A DNA stretch of 64,000 nucleotides, taken from Vicugna vicugna (Eukaryota). Below are positions 24,851-37,630 of this stretch, in pieces (positions within the stretch are counted from its first letter, which is position 1; each line of letters starts with the position of its first letter). The DNA lies in the NCBI GenBank assembly GCA_013265495.1, contig MU058423.1, positions 819,061 through 883,060 on the forward strand, given 5' to 3'. The position numbers and the translations under genes were made by a program. The notes beneath the pieces were generated by a model. It was not told where the DNA came from. It did no database searches and worked only from the letters and a program-made list of their open reading frames with translations.

Positions 24851-27103
24851 GGTTGAGTTTCAACCAGGGAGACTTCTTAAAATAGGTGGTGTTTGAGCCG
24901 AGCCCTGAGGAATGAGGAGGTTGTTCATAAGGGCAAAAAGGACCAATAAGACCTCTCAGGGTGAGGAAAGAGCTGAGTGAAGTTCATGAACGATCACGAA
25001 TGTGTGTGGAACTCTCCAGGGAGTTACGAGCAGAAGCCTGGGGTATCACACAGACCTTGGTAAGTCCTCGAACTGCTCTAAGCCTCAGTTTCTCCATCTG
25101 TAAAAACTAACCTGCAAGGTGGATATGGGTGTTCAGTGAGTAGCGTATGAAAGCCTTTAGCTCAGGGCCAGGCACGTGGTAAGCGCTTAATGGATATTCT
25201 CTGGTAGATCTGTGGCTCCGGGCTTGATCTTGGCTGGAAGGCCCAGATGGGCCAGTCCTCCAGGGCCTTGTGTGCCAGGTCAACGAGGAGGCCAGTTGTT
25301 TGGGCAACAGGAAGCCACTCCCAGCTTTGGAAGAGAGTGATGTGACAGAGTTTTAGGCTAACTCCGGGCGGCGATTGGAGGGTAGGTGGGCAAGGGGAGC
25401 GCCTAGAGGCTGGGAGACCAGTTGGCTCAGAAAGCTGGGCTGCAGTTTAGTTTTTATCATGTTTTCACTTTGGACTCTGGAGCAAGACCCCGAGATCCAG
25501 TCAGGCCCCAGACTCACCGCTGGGCCGGGCTGAGGTCTCGGGGGGAAATGAAGAGTTCCGGCCCCTCCCTGCCGGACTCCCTTCCACCACCCTCACCAGC
25601 CTCCCGGTGACAGCTGCGACTCCCACCCCCAGTCCCTGTTTGGAGCAGTGATTAATACAGGTTTAAAATAATCTTTGTCTTCTCCCTTTGTCCGCCCCCA
25701 GCACAGCCGCTGCTCTCTTCCCATCCCCCCACCCTCCACCGGACACGCCTCAGAAACCAGCCTCAGGGCAGCTTGGGCCTGGGGCACTGCCTCCCCACGC
25801 ACACTCGGGACCCGAGCAGACAAAACGCACTTTCCCTTCCAGGCTTCTCCGAGGCCCCGGACCCCGCAGTGCTCTCTTCCCTGGGGTTCTGGGCCCGGGG
25901 CAGGGAGAGGCTAGCAGTAGACAGTGTCCCTCCTCACTAACACTGACCTCCAGCAGCACAGGGACCCTGCTTGATGCACAAACTGGATGCAGGAGGCCCT
26001 GCCTCATTCTAGTCAACACTTTCCCCAAACACATGTGGAGCTCTTCATGCCTCAGTTCCTCTGGCTGCTTTTCCTTCCCAAAGAACTTTTTCTTTTTTTC
26101 ATTTCCTCATGGATGCTCCTAAATTGGGGCATGGATAATATTATCCCATTAAACTGATGGAGAAAACCAAGCCTTGGAGAGGCTAAGCGGCTTCCCCAAA
26201 AGTCAGAGCCAGAAACGGAGTGTAAGAACCAGCTTCAAAGCAGCACCTAGTCTGTCCTGAAGAGGCCACCCCCCCGCCTCCCCACCGAAGCTGCTGGGTC
26301 CCCATTCCTAGTCCGTCGGCCCCCAGGGCACCAGTGACCGTCCTCACACCCCTCCACTCCCTGGAGTAAACCTGATAATTAATAGACACTTGCCCCCTTG
26401 GAGCCAGGTGACTCCAGGCTGGCACAGTGCTTTTGTCTGGCCCCAGCCACGATGGTTAGGCTCAGGGGAGGACATGTGGGCACGGATAAGGCAAAACAGC
26501 AGATCGTGAATCAAAATGCATGTTAATGCAATGTCCAGTTGTGGGGTATTACAGTTCGAAGGGGTGCAAAGCTATCTAGTGTGCCTCTCTTATTTTCCAG
26601 AGAGGGAAGCTGAGTGGGAGGGACCTCTCAGAGCCACACAGCTGCAGGATGGTGGGGTGACCGCCAGGGCCCTGCCCTCTGTCCTTTCGCGGGGGCCACC
26701 CTGGATGGCTACTGTGTCGCAGGAAGTGAAGAGGCTGCCACCACCGTTTCTCCTTCTGGTGACAGTGAAGGTGACGGCATAAAGAGAATTCGTTTTCCCC
26801 AGCACAAGCAGCCAGAGTCAGAGAGGGTTAGGAAAGAAGGAAACACATCAGGTGACAGGGGAAGCTGGCCCGGAGTTAAACCTGAGAAACCAGAGGAGAA
26901 AAGCTGTGTGCTGGCAGCTGGTGGGGACTTGAGCTGGCACAGCCTCGGGCAGGTGCTCACTTGGCTGCCGGGCTGAACTGTGCATCTCAGAGCATAAAAG
27001 GCACTTTCTCTGCTCTGTCTGGTGGGAGAGCCGATGAGCTCACGCCTGTGCTCAGACAGAGCTGACAAATACCGAGTTAATCCCAGATCGCTTGCTCGGG
27101 ATT

Positions 27104-27123
27104 AAAAAAAAAAAAAAAAAAAA
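27104..27123. repeat. Poly(A) run (A20)
   Basis: Directly visible. Confidence 0.9.
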
Positions 27124-28254
27124 GATGGAGGTAGGGAAATGTGTCACTTTGAGGAGGAAAGGGAGACAGAAGTATGTTTGATGGCCTGGATGGAGTCAGG
27201 CTAAATATTTAATGTTCTTGACAGAGACCTGGAGGGGGCTGTTTCGTTCTCTAAACAGTGACACACAAGGCTCCCGGGCTGGGAGACAGAGGAGCCGGCA
27301 GCTGGAGAGCTGCTTCCAGCTGCCTCTTAGGGGAAAGGCAGGAGAGAGAGGAGGCTGCATGAACGATGCAGCAGAGGATGTGGGAGCAAAGGGCCAGTAC
27401 AGCCGGAGGCTGGGGGGTGGTGGGGGCCAGGACCAACCCAGAGCTCCCTTTATTAAAGAAATAACGGTTCATTCTTTACATTTGGAATAAAAACCTATTG
27501 TAATTACCTAGCAGTGGGAAAGCAATTTCCAAGCAGCTTTATTGTTCTGCTCCCCAACCAAATGTGCAACGAAACATCCACCCGGGAATAGCAGGAGTGA
27601 AGACACACGGCAGTAACTATGATATTTAAATGTTTCTACGGTAGAAATTTCAATAAGGTTTAAGTGAACCATAAATTGATTTCTCTCTGGATTATTTTTT
27701 TCTCCTCCTCCTTTATTACTTAAGACATTGTGCTCCGACACTGCATTTCTATGGCACTAGCAAAGAAGTCCCAGCAGGAAACTGCAAAACTTTGTTACCG
27801 TTCTGAGCACCTCTCTCCCAATCCATGCCCCAGAGGAGGTGGGCACCTTCTATCCACGTGAGACATTACCTGGGTTAGCCTGAGGCCACGGGATCTCACC
27901 TCAGATCCCAAAGGTGCCCTGGGTTGATTTCACCCAGGCTGCCAAGCTCTCCTCGAGCCCTCACGTCCTCTGTTACACCTTCTGCAGTAGTGGTTGATAT
28001 TTTATAACCCAGTAAGAGTAGATAAGCCTCCTTCACTCAATTTGTTAGTCCTTGATGATTAAGACCATATCTCCAGTATCCCCTTGCTGAGTCTAGGTTG
28101 AGCTGAGATCCTGGCAGTGGGTAATGTCTGAAATCAGAATGTTTGGCATCTTCCTATATCGCTGTTCTAAGTATAATTCTTTGAATACTGGGCAAATTCT
28201 AGGCTTAGAGGGGGACACAAAGAGGGGTAAATTATTCCGCCAACCTATAAACAC

Positions 28255-28560
28255 CTAATAATAGCTGAAATGTATATAGTGCTACTATATGCCAGCCAAT
28301 TTACTAAGCTATATGTATGTATATATTCATCTGTGTATATATATGTATATATCCAAATATATCCAAATATATGTGTATATATATTCATTTAATCCTCACA
28401 ACAACTTTAAGAGTGGTTACTACTACAATCATCCCAGTTTTCAGATGAGGAAACTGAGGTACAAGGAACTTGAGTAACTCACCTAAAATCTCATAGGGAT
28501 GAATGTCACCTGGGATTGACCCAGACAGATTAGCTCCAGGACAAGAGCACACCCTTTTTT
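28255..28560 (-). mobile_element. MIR SINE with internal (TA)-rich low-complexity expansion
   Basis: TCATTTAATCCTCACAACAAC...TTTTCAGATGAGGAAACTGAGG; TATATG-rich stretch at 28310-28385. Confidence 0.85.
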
Positions 28561-29193
28561 ACTACTGTGCTTTGCCAGCCTGCCTCTCGAGTCACCTCCT
28601 CAGGTCTGCATTGCAGAAGCATTGGCCTCCCTTAGAATAAAAGTATTTGGAATCTTCTTGATAGGTCAACACCGGAATAAATGAGTGGGAATGCTGGTGG
28701 TGGTGCCTTCCTCGGAGACCTTGAGGAACTGCAGAGATCATGCGTCCAGTTGAGAACTCTTCCACTTGGAGGCAGGAAACTGTTGAAGACAGCCCCTTTG
28801 AATTCCTGTTGTCTTCCCCAGACTATGCTCTGCATCTGGACACCCAAGCAAGCATCTCTCTGCAAGGCTGAGATAAAGCATGTTCAAACTTTCATACCAT
28901 ATGGTTCTTTTCAGCCCTGTAGCACATACAGAACTGGGGAAGAATGAAGAACTCTGCACGTGATCTCTAATTTCAAGCTTTGAAAAGCAAGCCATATCTA
29001 GGAATATTTGGCCAAGGAAGTGCCTTCCTGCGGAGTTTCCTGCTCAAGGCGATATTTCAGGGGCCATTAGAGTAAGCTCTGGAAGCTGAGAAGCCAGCAT
29101 GCAAATGCATTGACTCAGAACCTTCCGTCACAGGCAGAAACCCAACCCACCAAACTCCAAGCCAGGTCCCCACCAATGAATATGTATGGTGCC

Positions 29194-29695
29194 TGTATTA
29201 GTCAGAGTTCTCTGGAGAAACGGAACCAAAAGGAGATAGATATTTCATGTAAGGCATTGGCTCACACCATTCCAGAGGCTGAGAAGTCCCAAGATCTGCA
29301 GTTAGCAAACTGGAGACCCGGGAGAGCCAATGTGTAGTTCCAGTCTTGAGTCCAGAGGCCTGAGAACCAGGAGAGCTGATGGTAAAAGTTCAAGTAGAGT
29401 CGATGTTTCAGTTGGAGTCCAAAGGCTGGAAAAGACCCATGTCTCAGCTCAAGCCAGCCAGCAGGAATTTCCCTGTCATTTGTGGGAGGATCAGCCTTTC
29501 TGTTCTATTCAGGTCTTCAACTGGTTGGATAAGAGCCACCCATGTTAGGGAGGGCAGTCTGCTTTACTCAGTCTACCAATCACTTGTTCATCTCTTCCAA
29601 AAACACCCCCTGCAGACTCACCCAGCATAACGTTTGACCAAATATCTGGGCACCCCATGGTCCAGTCAAATTGACACACAAAATTAACCATCACA
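29194..29695 (-). mobile_element. ERVL MLT2-family solo LTR
   Basis: Begins TGTATTAGTCAGAGTTCTC and ends TTGACACACAAAATTAACCATCACA; perfect 5-bp TSD GTGCC (29189-29193, 29696-29700). Confidence 0.93.
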
Positions 29696-30349
29696 GTGCC
29701 CCTGCCTTCTCTACCCTTTGCCCTCCAACTGCTGCTCTCGAAGATTGGAATATGGGCAAAATGCTTAGCATCCCGTTAGCTCCACTAATGAGGCTGCCTT
29801 TTCTGCTGGCCTCCTAAATCTGTCGCCTTCAGCAGGTGGCTGTGCAGGTTAAAGCACCAGTACATGACAAGGGCAGTGCCTGTCTCCACTCCTTACTCCC
29901 TCCTTTTCCTCCCCAGACCCTAGGCTACCAGAGAATGGAGCAGAGAAGCCAGAGATAGGGAGAAGGGCGCACACATGAGTCCTGTCTTGTCTGTGGCCTT
30001 GGACTGCAGCCCTGGGCGCCCCGGATGGGCAGATGCTGGGGTGGAAGCAGAGACCCCATGTCTCCCCTTTGCTCAGCATCTGAGCTCATGCTGACTAGAA
30101 GCCTCGTATCTTATTAGGCATAATAAGGCCATATTGTGGCTGGCAGGAGGGAAGCTCATTTCACACTCTAGGGAACGGGATTCGGCGAAGAGACAGGAAG
30201 AGGTTTCACGTACACGCTTCTCTGCCTGCTAGTCTGAAAGTTGGCAGTGGCAACAAGCCAGAGGAGATAAGCACAAACTTCCCTTCCCAGTAACCCAGAG
30301 GCGAGGTAGCGCTGAGGCTCATCTGGGGACTTTTGTCCCAAGTGCCTAA

Positions 30350-30575
30350 CACCTTAGCCTCCATCTACCAGTGTGACCTTGGGCAAGTCACTTAACCTTT
30401 CCTTGATGCAGGTTCCTCATTAAAAAAAAATGAGAATAAAATAACACCCCCTCCATAAGATTGTTTTGTGAGGATTAAATGAATTTAAATGTATGTATAC
30501 ATATGTATATGGCTTAAAAAAATGCCTGGTTCTTGGTGGAGCCCCAGTACATGTTAGCTATTAGCTATTATTAAT
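30350..30575 (+). mobile_element. MIR SINE
   Basis: GTGTGACCTTGGGCAAGTCACTTAACC...GTGAGGATTAAATGA...ATGTTAGCTATT. Confidence 0.9.
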
Positions 30576-33500
30576 ACCCATCAGATTTTTGCTTCTTGAG
30601 ATTTGGAGACTCAGTTTTCTGCTAGTGGAATACCCACAACAAACTGAAAGTTCTAGGCTGGCCCCTGCGCAACCCAATGTGTGCCCTGGGGAGGTGAACT
30701 TACTCTAAGAAGAAGGTCAAGAGCTCTTTCCCACGGCCCCCACTATATGTCATGAGGCTGAGAGTCAACAGCCATGGGCTTGGTGAGTTTGGGGATAATA
30801 TATAAGATCCTCCATTATCACGGCTGTCTCCTGGTGTGGATACTTGAAGAGTGGTTGTGGATCTTTGATACGTAAGCTAGCACTCTATCTGTTGCTTCCT
30901 CCTAATTCCCAACTCTCTCCATGCCCCTCCCAGCCCCGAAGCCCTGTGTAATCTGTCTCCGCCCTTCCTCTCTTGTTAGGATCATGTCAGAAGTGAATGA
31001 TCTACTCCACTCCTAAAAGCAACTCAAAGTGCCTTCTCCCTGCCTCCCCATCCCCAGGCCCCACCCCTACTTCTCAAGTGTGTGCACATAAGTATACAAG
31101 AGCTGAAAATGTTGAGGACTCTGGTCTGATGGAGTTTCAAGTATTTGGGGGGATATAGGCACATATTCATATATTCATTTATATAGAGAAACCCCTTCCC
31201 AACTCCACTAGAGATCAGGAATGCTCTAAACAAAGATAGTTTGTAGGTTGAGCACACTGCCTGGCACATAGTAGGTACTTTTCTAAATGCATTTGAATGA
31301 ATGAGTGAATGAATGAATGATGGAGCTCTGAGACAGGATCCCACTCAGTCCATGTGGATGTGGTGCCATCCCACCTGGAGATGGAAAGATGGCGGGGATC
31401 CCTGGGAGCCAGGCTGGATGGGGAAGTCAGGACCAAGGAAGGGCTCTCCTCATCTTTATCTGCCCCCCCCCACTTCCAGGCAGGAAACACAGCTCCCACT
31501 CTTTCTCCTTCTTCTCCCAAGAAATCCACCTTTGCTCTTCCTCTCCTCTTTTCCCCTCTTCTCTCTTCTTCTGCCTTGGGAAGAGCATTGTCAGAAGAGG
31601 AAGAACAAAATCTGTCTCTTTCTCCACCCTTAGGTTGCCTGAAAATAGTAACTATTCCAAAACTCACCTTTCTCTGACTTCAGAAGAAGTCTGGTGACTA
31701 TTTTGGAGCAGATTTTACCTGCCTGATTTAATTCTGCTTGAACTGGAGTTAACATCCACTCACAGTTCCTGGGGTTCCTACAGCTGAAGTCAGGGCAGGT
31801 AGCCTGGAGGCAGAGGTACCAGATAGAGTGGGGCTGCATCGTGGGATTAAAATTTGTCTAAAGAGGTGGATTAACCACACTCTGGGCCAGGGCCAGAGAA
31901 GTCACCTAGCAGCTTGGAGTACCTCCTAGGCACTCAGAAAATACACCGTTTGATTGCTCCTGGCCTCTGCCCACTCATGTGGCCTGACTTGAATCAATTC
32001 CATGCAGTGGCTCCTGGAATTATGGAATGTCCTAGCTGAAAAGGACATTTTACAGGTATGGAAACTGAGGCCCAGGCTGGTGAGGGGACTTGCCCAAGGG
32101 CTCCGCACAAGTCAGGGCAAGGAGTCCAGGCAACTGGTGCACTGAAATGTCAGCTTAGTGGCTGTAGCCCGTGTGCTATCAACTTGACCTCAAGAAGAAC
32201 TGGACACTTGGGGACCAGCTTCCGTGCCAGTTGAACAGTGAACTTCCTCAGTCTGTGTGTTTCTGAGCTTTCCCGCCATCTCTGGAAACTACATCCTGAG
32301 CAGAGAAGGCAAACAGCAGACAAGTTCGCTGGCCTGTTTCTCTGCTCCCTCCATGAACATCCATCAGCCACAATTTTATATTGAATGGGACTGTGAGGAA
32401 CTTCAAGGCCAAGATTATTACATTTTGTACATTACACTTCTGCCAGAGAGCTAAAAATACCCTCCTGGTGGTTGCTAAGTGCAGGTCTAATGGTTTTCCT
32501 TAGAGGAAAGGATGGCATTCTAGTTTCTCTGAATCTGGAGGCTCTGAGTCCAGGGAATGGAAACATGGAAACTGTCAGACCTGGTTGTAGAGCATCCCTG
32601 GGGGAGGAGAAGCGAGGGACGATCCCAGAATTCACTTCTCCCGAGCGTCAGGGAACATCTCCGGGAATTGGTGCCAGTAAAGGTCATGGACCCTGGAAGG
32701 CGTACAGAGGAGGCTTCCACGGAGAATTCTCCCTGATCTGCAGCACTGCCCCCTCCCCTTGGGATCTGGTTTTCTGAATTTTCATTCTTGGAAATCTCAC
32801 TCTTTCATTGGCACAGAATGGCCAGTCCCTAAAGTAGCACCTACAACCTAGATATTTGAAAGGTAAAGAGATTGACTTAGGGATACAGAGCACGGTCTAG
32901 AGAACAGCTCACCTGCCTTGCTAGAGGCCTGATGATGAATCCAGGGGGTCTCTCACTTGCTAAAGTGAAAACAGACTTACTAACTATATAGCTATCCTGA
33001 CACTGCCCACCTCCTCTCCCCTGGCCTAGCACTCCCTCTGACTACAAACATAAACGTTTGAATTTATTTTTTTAACCAATACATCAGAAGTCCTAAATCC
33101 AAGTAGGAGTCTTGATCTGCCCTGAGAGATCCGCTTAGGGACCCACACCTTGTAGTCACATCTCCTGGAAAAGCTTCAACGCCTTCCTTTGAAAAGGTGT
33201 CCAGCCCTAGGTGACTGCAAGCCCCCGTTGCCCCTCTGGAACCAAAATGTCTCCTTAGGACACTTGGTTCATTCTCTGGAGGCTGTTGCCATGGTTTCCT
33301 CCTCCTGATTACCTTGGACATTGACATTCACATGAATGTGCCTTTCCTGGCACAGGCTGATGAGTGGCCCTGGGAGGTGGGAGAGGAGTTGGTTGTATGG
33401 CAAGGGAATCTGATCTGGAGTAAGATGTTTGAAGCGCTGTTTCTGCAGCTCATGAAAGAAAGGCCCTGGGAGCTAGTTGTGGTGCTGTGTGGCTGTCAGT

Positions 33501-33989
33501 GGTTGCCTGGCTGAGAGCTGTGTGCTCAGGAGAAGAAAAGGTCCGTGTGTCATTGTTGGCAGGGGGGTGGGGGTGGTTTCTGATGCTCATTTTGTTCAGG
33601 GGAGAATTGTGGAGCGCATCCCTTGCTTAGGTGATGGTTCCAAATGCAAACTGCTTAAACTGTTTTCCTGGAAAAAAAAAAAGGAAGTGGGAAAACAAAT
33701 TTTATGAGTAAGAACTATAAGATTGTACTTGACTCACTACACTTCCCTCCAAAATGCTTTCTGCTGTCACTAAAAATCAATCCTGCCCTCCCAAGACAGA
33801 GATCTGCCCCTCGGTGGGAGACAGGCACTTTAAAGAATGGGCAAAAAGCGGCAAAGGCAATTCCCCTCCCCAAAAAGAACTTCCAGAAATGTCTTCAGCA
33901 AAGCAGCAGCCCTGTCCCAAGGTGACTATTTTGAAAGAACAACACACTTGAATGTGTATGTTCTCAGATGTTTGTTAAAGCAGCCTAGT

Positions 33990-34800
33990 GGCCTGCAGCT
34001 CCTCCTCATTGGTTCCTGCCGAAGGAGGGGAGAGCAGTGAGGTGATTAATTCAAAACGGCGGGTCACCAAAACCTCGCCGCTGTCTGACTTCAAATGCGT
34101 GGAATGATATATCGATATTGCACATACCTTACCGCGTGTTTGCCTTCCTAATTACGTTCTGCTTCAACCAGGATGGAAATGAGCTGGCCGGCTGTGAGTG
34201 CACACCAATTAATGGCTGGGTCAGGCTGCTTGGAAGCTTTTGGGGTCTGTGGAGCAGTGGCGAAAAGCTCAAGGGATTTAACACTTTCTACAGACCACTT
34301 GCCCAGTGTGTAATCCACCTGGGTGTAATTGAGGGTTGGCTGCAATCAGATTCATTAGCAGCTCAAGAATTAAACCTACCCCGCCATCCCCACCCCCGTC
34401 CAGTCATTCTCCATTTTCCCCTGTTCATGCCAAATATTTCATCAATCTTGAGTACTGCCAAGCTGGCAAGCGGGCAGCTTTGCATCAGTGGCAAGGGGGC
34501 TAATCTATATTCTCATATTAACCGTACTTCCCAGTGAATTTCAATAACTTGGAAATGGGCATTTAGCAGCTGGGAAAGAAAAGGCATGGTAAGTGCTCAG
34601 ACCAACTCTATAATAAGCATCTGCTTAAAAGAGACCTCTCCAACCAGATGCCCTGGGCCTGATGGGGGCCCCGGGCTGGGGCTGCAGCTGTACATTAAAA
34701 TACACTTAGTCTGTCTTCCCGGGTGGAGGGAACAGCATTTTTTTCCCTGTGAAATGGATCTGGCCCCAACAGGCAGTCTCTTATTCATAAAGCAGAATTG
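33990..34800. promoter_or_regulatory. Putative conserved non-coding element / developmental enhancer
   Basis: About 800 bp without recognisable repeats; locally retained CpGs; many TAAT/ATTA cores (TGATTAAT, CTAATTAC, CAATTAAT, TAATCC, TAATTG). Confidence 0.55.
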
Positions 34801-35797
34801 CCAAGCCAGACTTCCTTCTGCCCACAAGCCCCTGCCCCTGAGTGGGGCCACTGTTTTCCGACTCTCCTTCAGAAGTCTTCACCCAGTAATTCCTGCCGCC
34901 TGTCATATCATGCATGCCTGCTTTATATGCTACTAGCCAGGCTGTCCTTAGGAGAGCATTGCCACCTCTGTCCTGGCTAGGCTTGTGTCTCCTTGAGGTT
35001 GGGGCTGTTCTTATCTGAGTGCCCTCATCCTTTGCACCCCACCCAACTCTAAGACACACAGCTCCTGGCAGAGGGCAGTGACAGTTCAACAAAGGATAGG
35101 CTGGGTCCCTGCACAAGGTGAATGGCCCAGGGCTGGATCAGCGTTCTTACCTGAAGCTTCATGGGACATTGGGAGCCAAAGAGGCATAAGCCAGAGATGC
35201 ATAAGCCAGCTAGTGGGGATCTGGTCTTCAGACTCTGGGAAGACCAAGCACAGCTTCAAGTCCAAAGGATCAGAGGCAGAAACACAACCCAGGGTGCAGA
35301 ACCAAGAGCTGAGAGTTGGGAAGAAATAGTATCAGAGTAAGAGCAATGCCTAACACTGCTTCTCACCCAGAGGAAGCCCAGTCTGTATTTTCTGAATGAA
35401 TTAACAAAAGAATGAATGAGGAAGAGGATCCAGAATACTCTGATTGCTCCCTAAAACTGTGGGAGCATCTCCCCTTAAGAAGCTGGTGAGCATGCTCAGT
35501 GGGTCTGTGGAAGTGGACAGGCCACTTAAAAGAGCCTGGAGTGCAATTGGTAAGAATTTGCTCTCTTGTGGTCTCTTTTCCAAGAATCCCAGCTCAAAGC
35601 TCTCTATAAACGGGTTGTTGATTTTTTGTCTAGCCCTAAGACTTCTTCCCCATTACCCCTCACCCTCACTTCCTTTAGCTCACCTAAAATTTTGCTCCCC
35701 TATCATAAAAAACAAACACCCTTCCCTCTCAAAAAAGAAGAGCAGAATGCCCCAGCCTCCTCAGGTTTCTGTCCTTGACTTTATGGAAGAGTTTTCA

Positions 35798-35975
35798 CAC
35801 CAGCTTTTCCCAACATGTGCCTTGTAGAACGTTGTTCCATACAATGGTGATGGTAAAAGGTTTGTCGGGCAGACACATTTAGAAAACACTGGGTTTCACA
35901 AAGCTCCTTTCTTCGGGGGCGGGGGGGGTTCTCAATCTTTAATATAGCAGTCTACGTTCCTAAAAAGGGAAATGC
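35798..35975. mobile_element. MER103-like hAT-Charlie fragment
   Basis: CAGCTTTTCCCAACATGTG...GAAAACACTGGGTTTCACAAAG...TCTTTAATAT. Confidence 0.55.
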
Positions 35976-36379
35976 CAAATGTACTTAACCCTCTTTCGTG
36001 CTGCTGCTTGCAGGATGAGGGTTCTGCACGTTGGAAGTCTCCAGCCTTGTCCTTTCTTATTTTCTCCAATGCCCTGACTTCCTTATCTGTAAAGTAGGAG
36101 GTGATAATAGTACCCACCCTATAGAGTAGTTGTGAAGATGAATCTGCTTATGTAAAGTGTTTTGAAAGTGCTTGGCCCTTAGTAAGCATCGAAAGCAAGG
36201 TTTTATTATCTTTATTAGTGTCTTTATGATGATTATTTCTGGCTCCTTTTACTCTAGCTCTGGCCTTCACCACTCTGCCAGACTTGCTCCCCTGACCATC
36301 TCTGAGCCCCTCTCAGCCCCCCAAGGCCAGTGGCCTCTTCCTGTTCCTCCTCTCCTGGCCTTTGGGAGCATTTGGTGTT

Positions 36380-37630
36380 CCATTCTCCTTTCCCTAAAGC
36401 TTCACCCTCTCTCCTTGAGCTTCTCTCCAGCTGCTGTCGCCTGTTGTCTTTCTGCTCTTCTGGCCATTACTCCTTTGGTTGCTCCTTTACAAACTTGGGT
36501 TTTACTCAAGAATCATGCCTTGGCTCCTTTTTGCTCTTTCTCCACACTCTTTTCTTAGGAGATCATATCCGATTTCAGAACTTCATCTGCTAACCTCAGT
36601 GAAGGCAGATGGTACTCAAATTCATTTCCCATCCCTCCCTAACTTCTCTCCTGAACTCCATGTGGTCCATCTTTTCCAACTATGTGCTGGACATCTCAGC
36701 CTTAATTCCCACAACCCCTCAAAGTCAATGTGTCCAGAGCTGAATTCATACATTGATCCCTTTAACTTGGTTCTTTCTTTCATGCTCACTGTTCCTCTTA
36801 GTGACTCAGTTGTCCTCTTTACCACCCAAACTTCAGTCCTCTCTGCCTCTTCCAGATGCTACCAAGTGGGTTACCATCTTGCTTTGAACTTCCATTTCCT
36901 TGTCTGCATTTTTTCTGCTTCTTCCATGATTCACTCCTTCATTATGCCTTCATTGCCTTGACCAGCATGACAACTTCTTAACTTGTGTCTTGATTATAGT
37001 CCATTTTACACTGTGCTTCTAGAATACTGTTCTAAAGAACTAATTTTCAACCTTTTCTCTTGCCTTTTGAGATGGCCTGCACTCTGTCTATGGAGTGTGT
37101 ATCTACTTTAACTTTAAACTAAACACCCAACCCCATGCCTTGTGGCCTCCCTGGCCTTCTGAGATGGCCTACACTCTGTCTGTGGAGTATGTATCTCTCT
37201 AAATAAATCTACCTTCACTCTAAAATAAAAATAATAGGAATTTTCATCATCTCATATCCTGCTTGAAAACAGTCAGTTACTCCCTACTACTAACCGAACA
37301 AAGTTGAGAGCCGAGGCCTTTTATAAAATAGTTTCAGCTTTCTTTCTGATCTTGCTGCCATGACTTCTGTTCACAAAGCTGTCTCTGTGACCTGCCGAAC
37401 GTCTCGATGTGCTCACATATGCCCCGCACTTTCCTCCCCGTCTCAATTGCTACTTTCTTCATGAAGTCAGTTACTCCTAGTAGATGGTACCTTTTCCTCT
37501 TCTGATCTCCCCTACTGGAGGTTATATCCCTTCAGGACACAATCTATGTCTGATTCATCTCTGTCTCCCATCCCACATACACTTCGCATAGGATAGTAGC
37601 CCAGTAAATGTTTGTTAAATGAATAAATAA
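36380..37630 (+). mobile_element. L2 LINE fossil
   Basis: L2 motifs CTTCTCTCCTGAACTCCA, CCTCAAAGTCAATGTGTCCAGAGCTGAATTCA; 3' end CAGTAAATGTTTGTTAAATGAATAAAT. Confidence 0.8.
37050..37238 (+). mobile_element. ERV1-like LTR 3' fragment ending in an A-rich tail, inserted into L2
   Basis: GAGATGGCCTACACTCTGTCTGTGGAGTATGTATCTCTCTAAATAAATC resembles cetartiodactyl ERV1 LTRs; AATAAA at 37202-37207 then an A-rich tail; AATTTTCA on both sides. Confidence 0.6.

Noticed and set aside
37062..37196. Two 43-bp direct repeats with a spacer (CRISPR-like look)
   Set aside because: Only two units, eukaryotic context, no cas genes; an internal duplication of an LTR.
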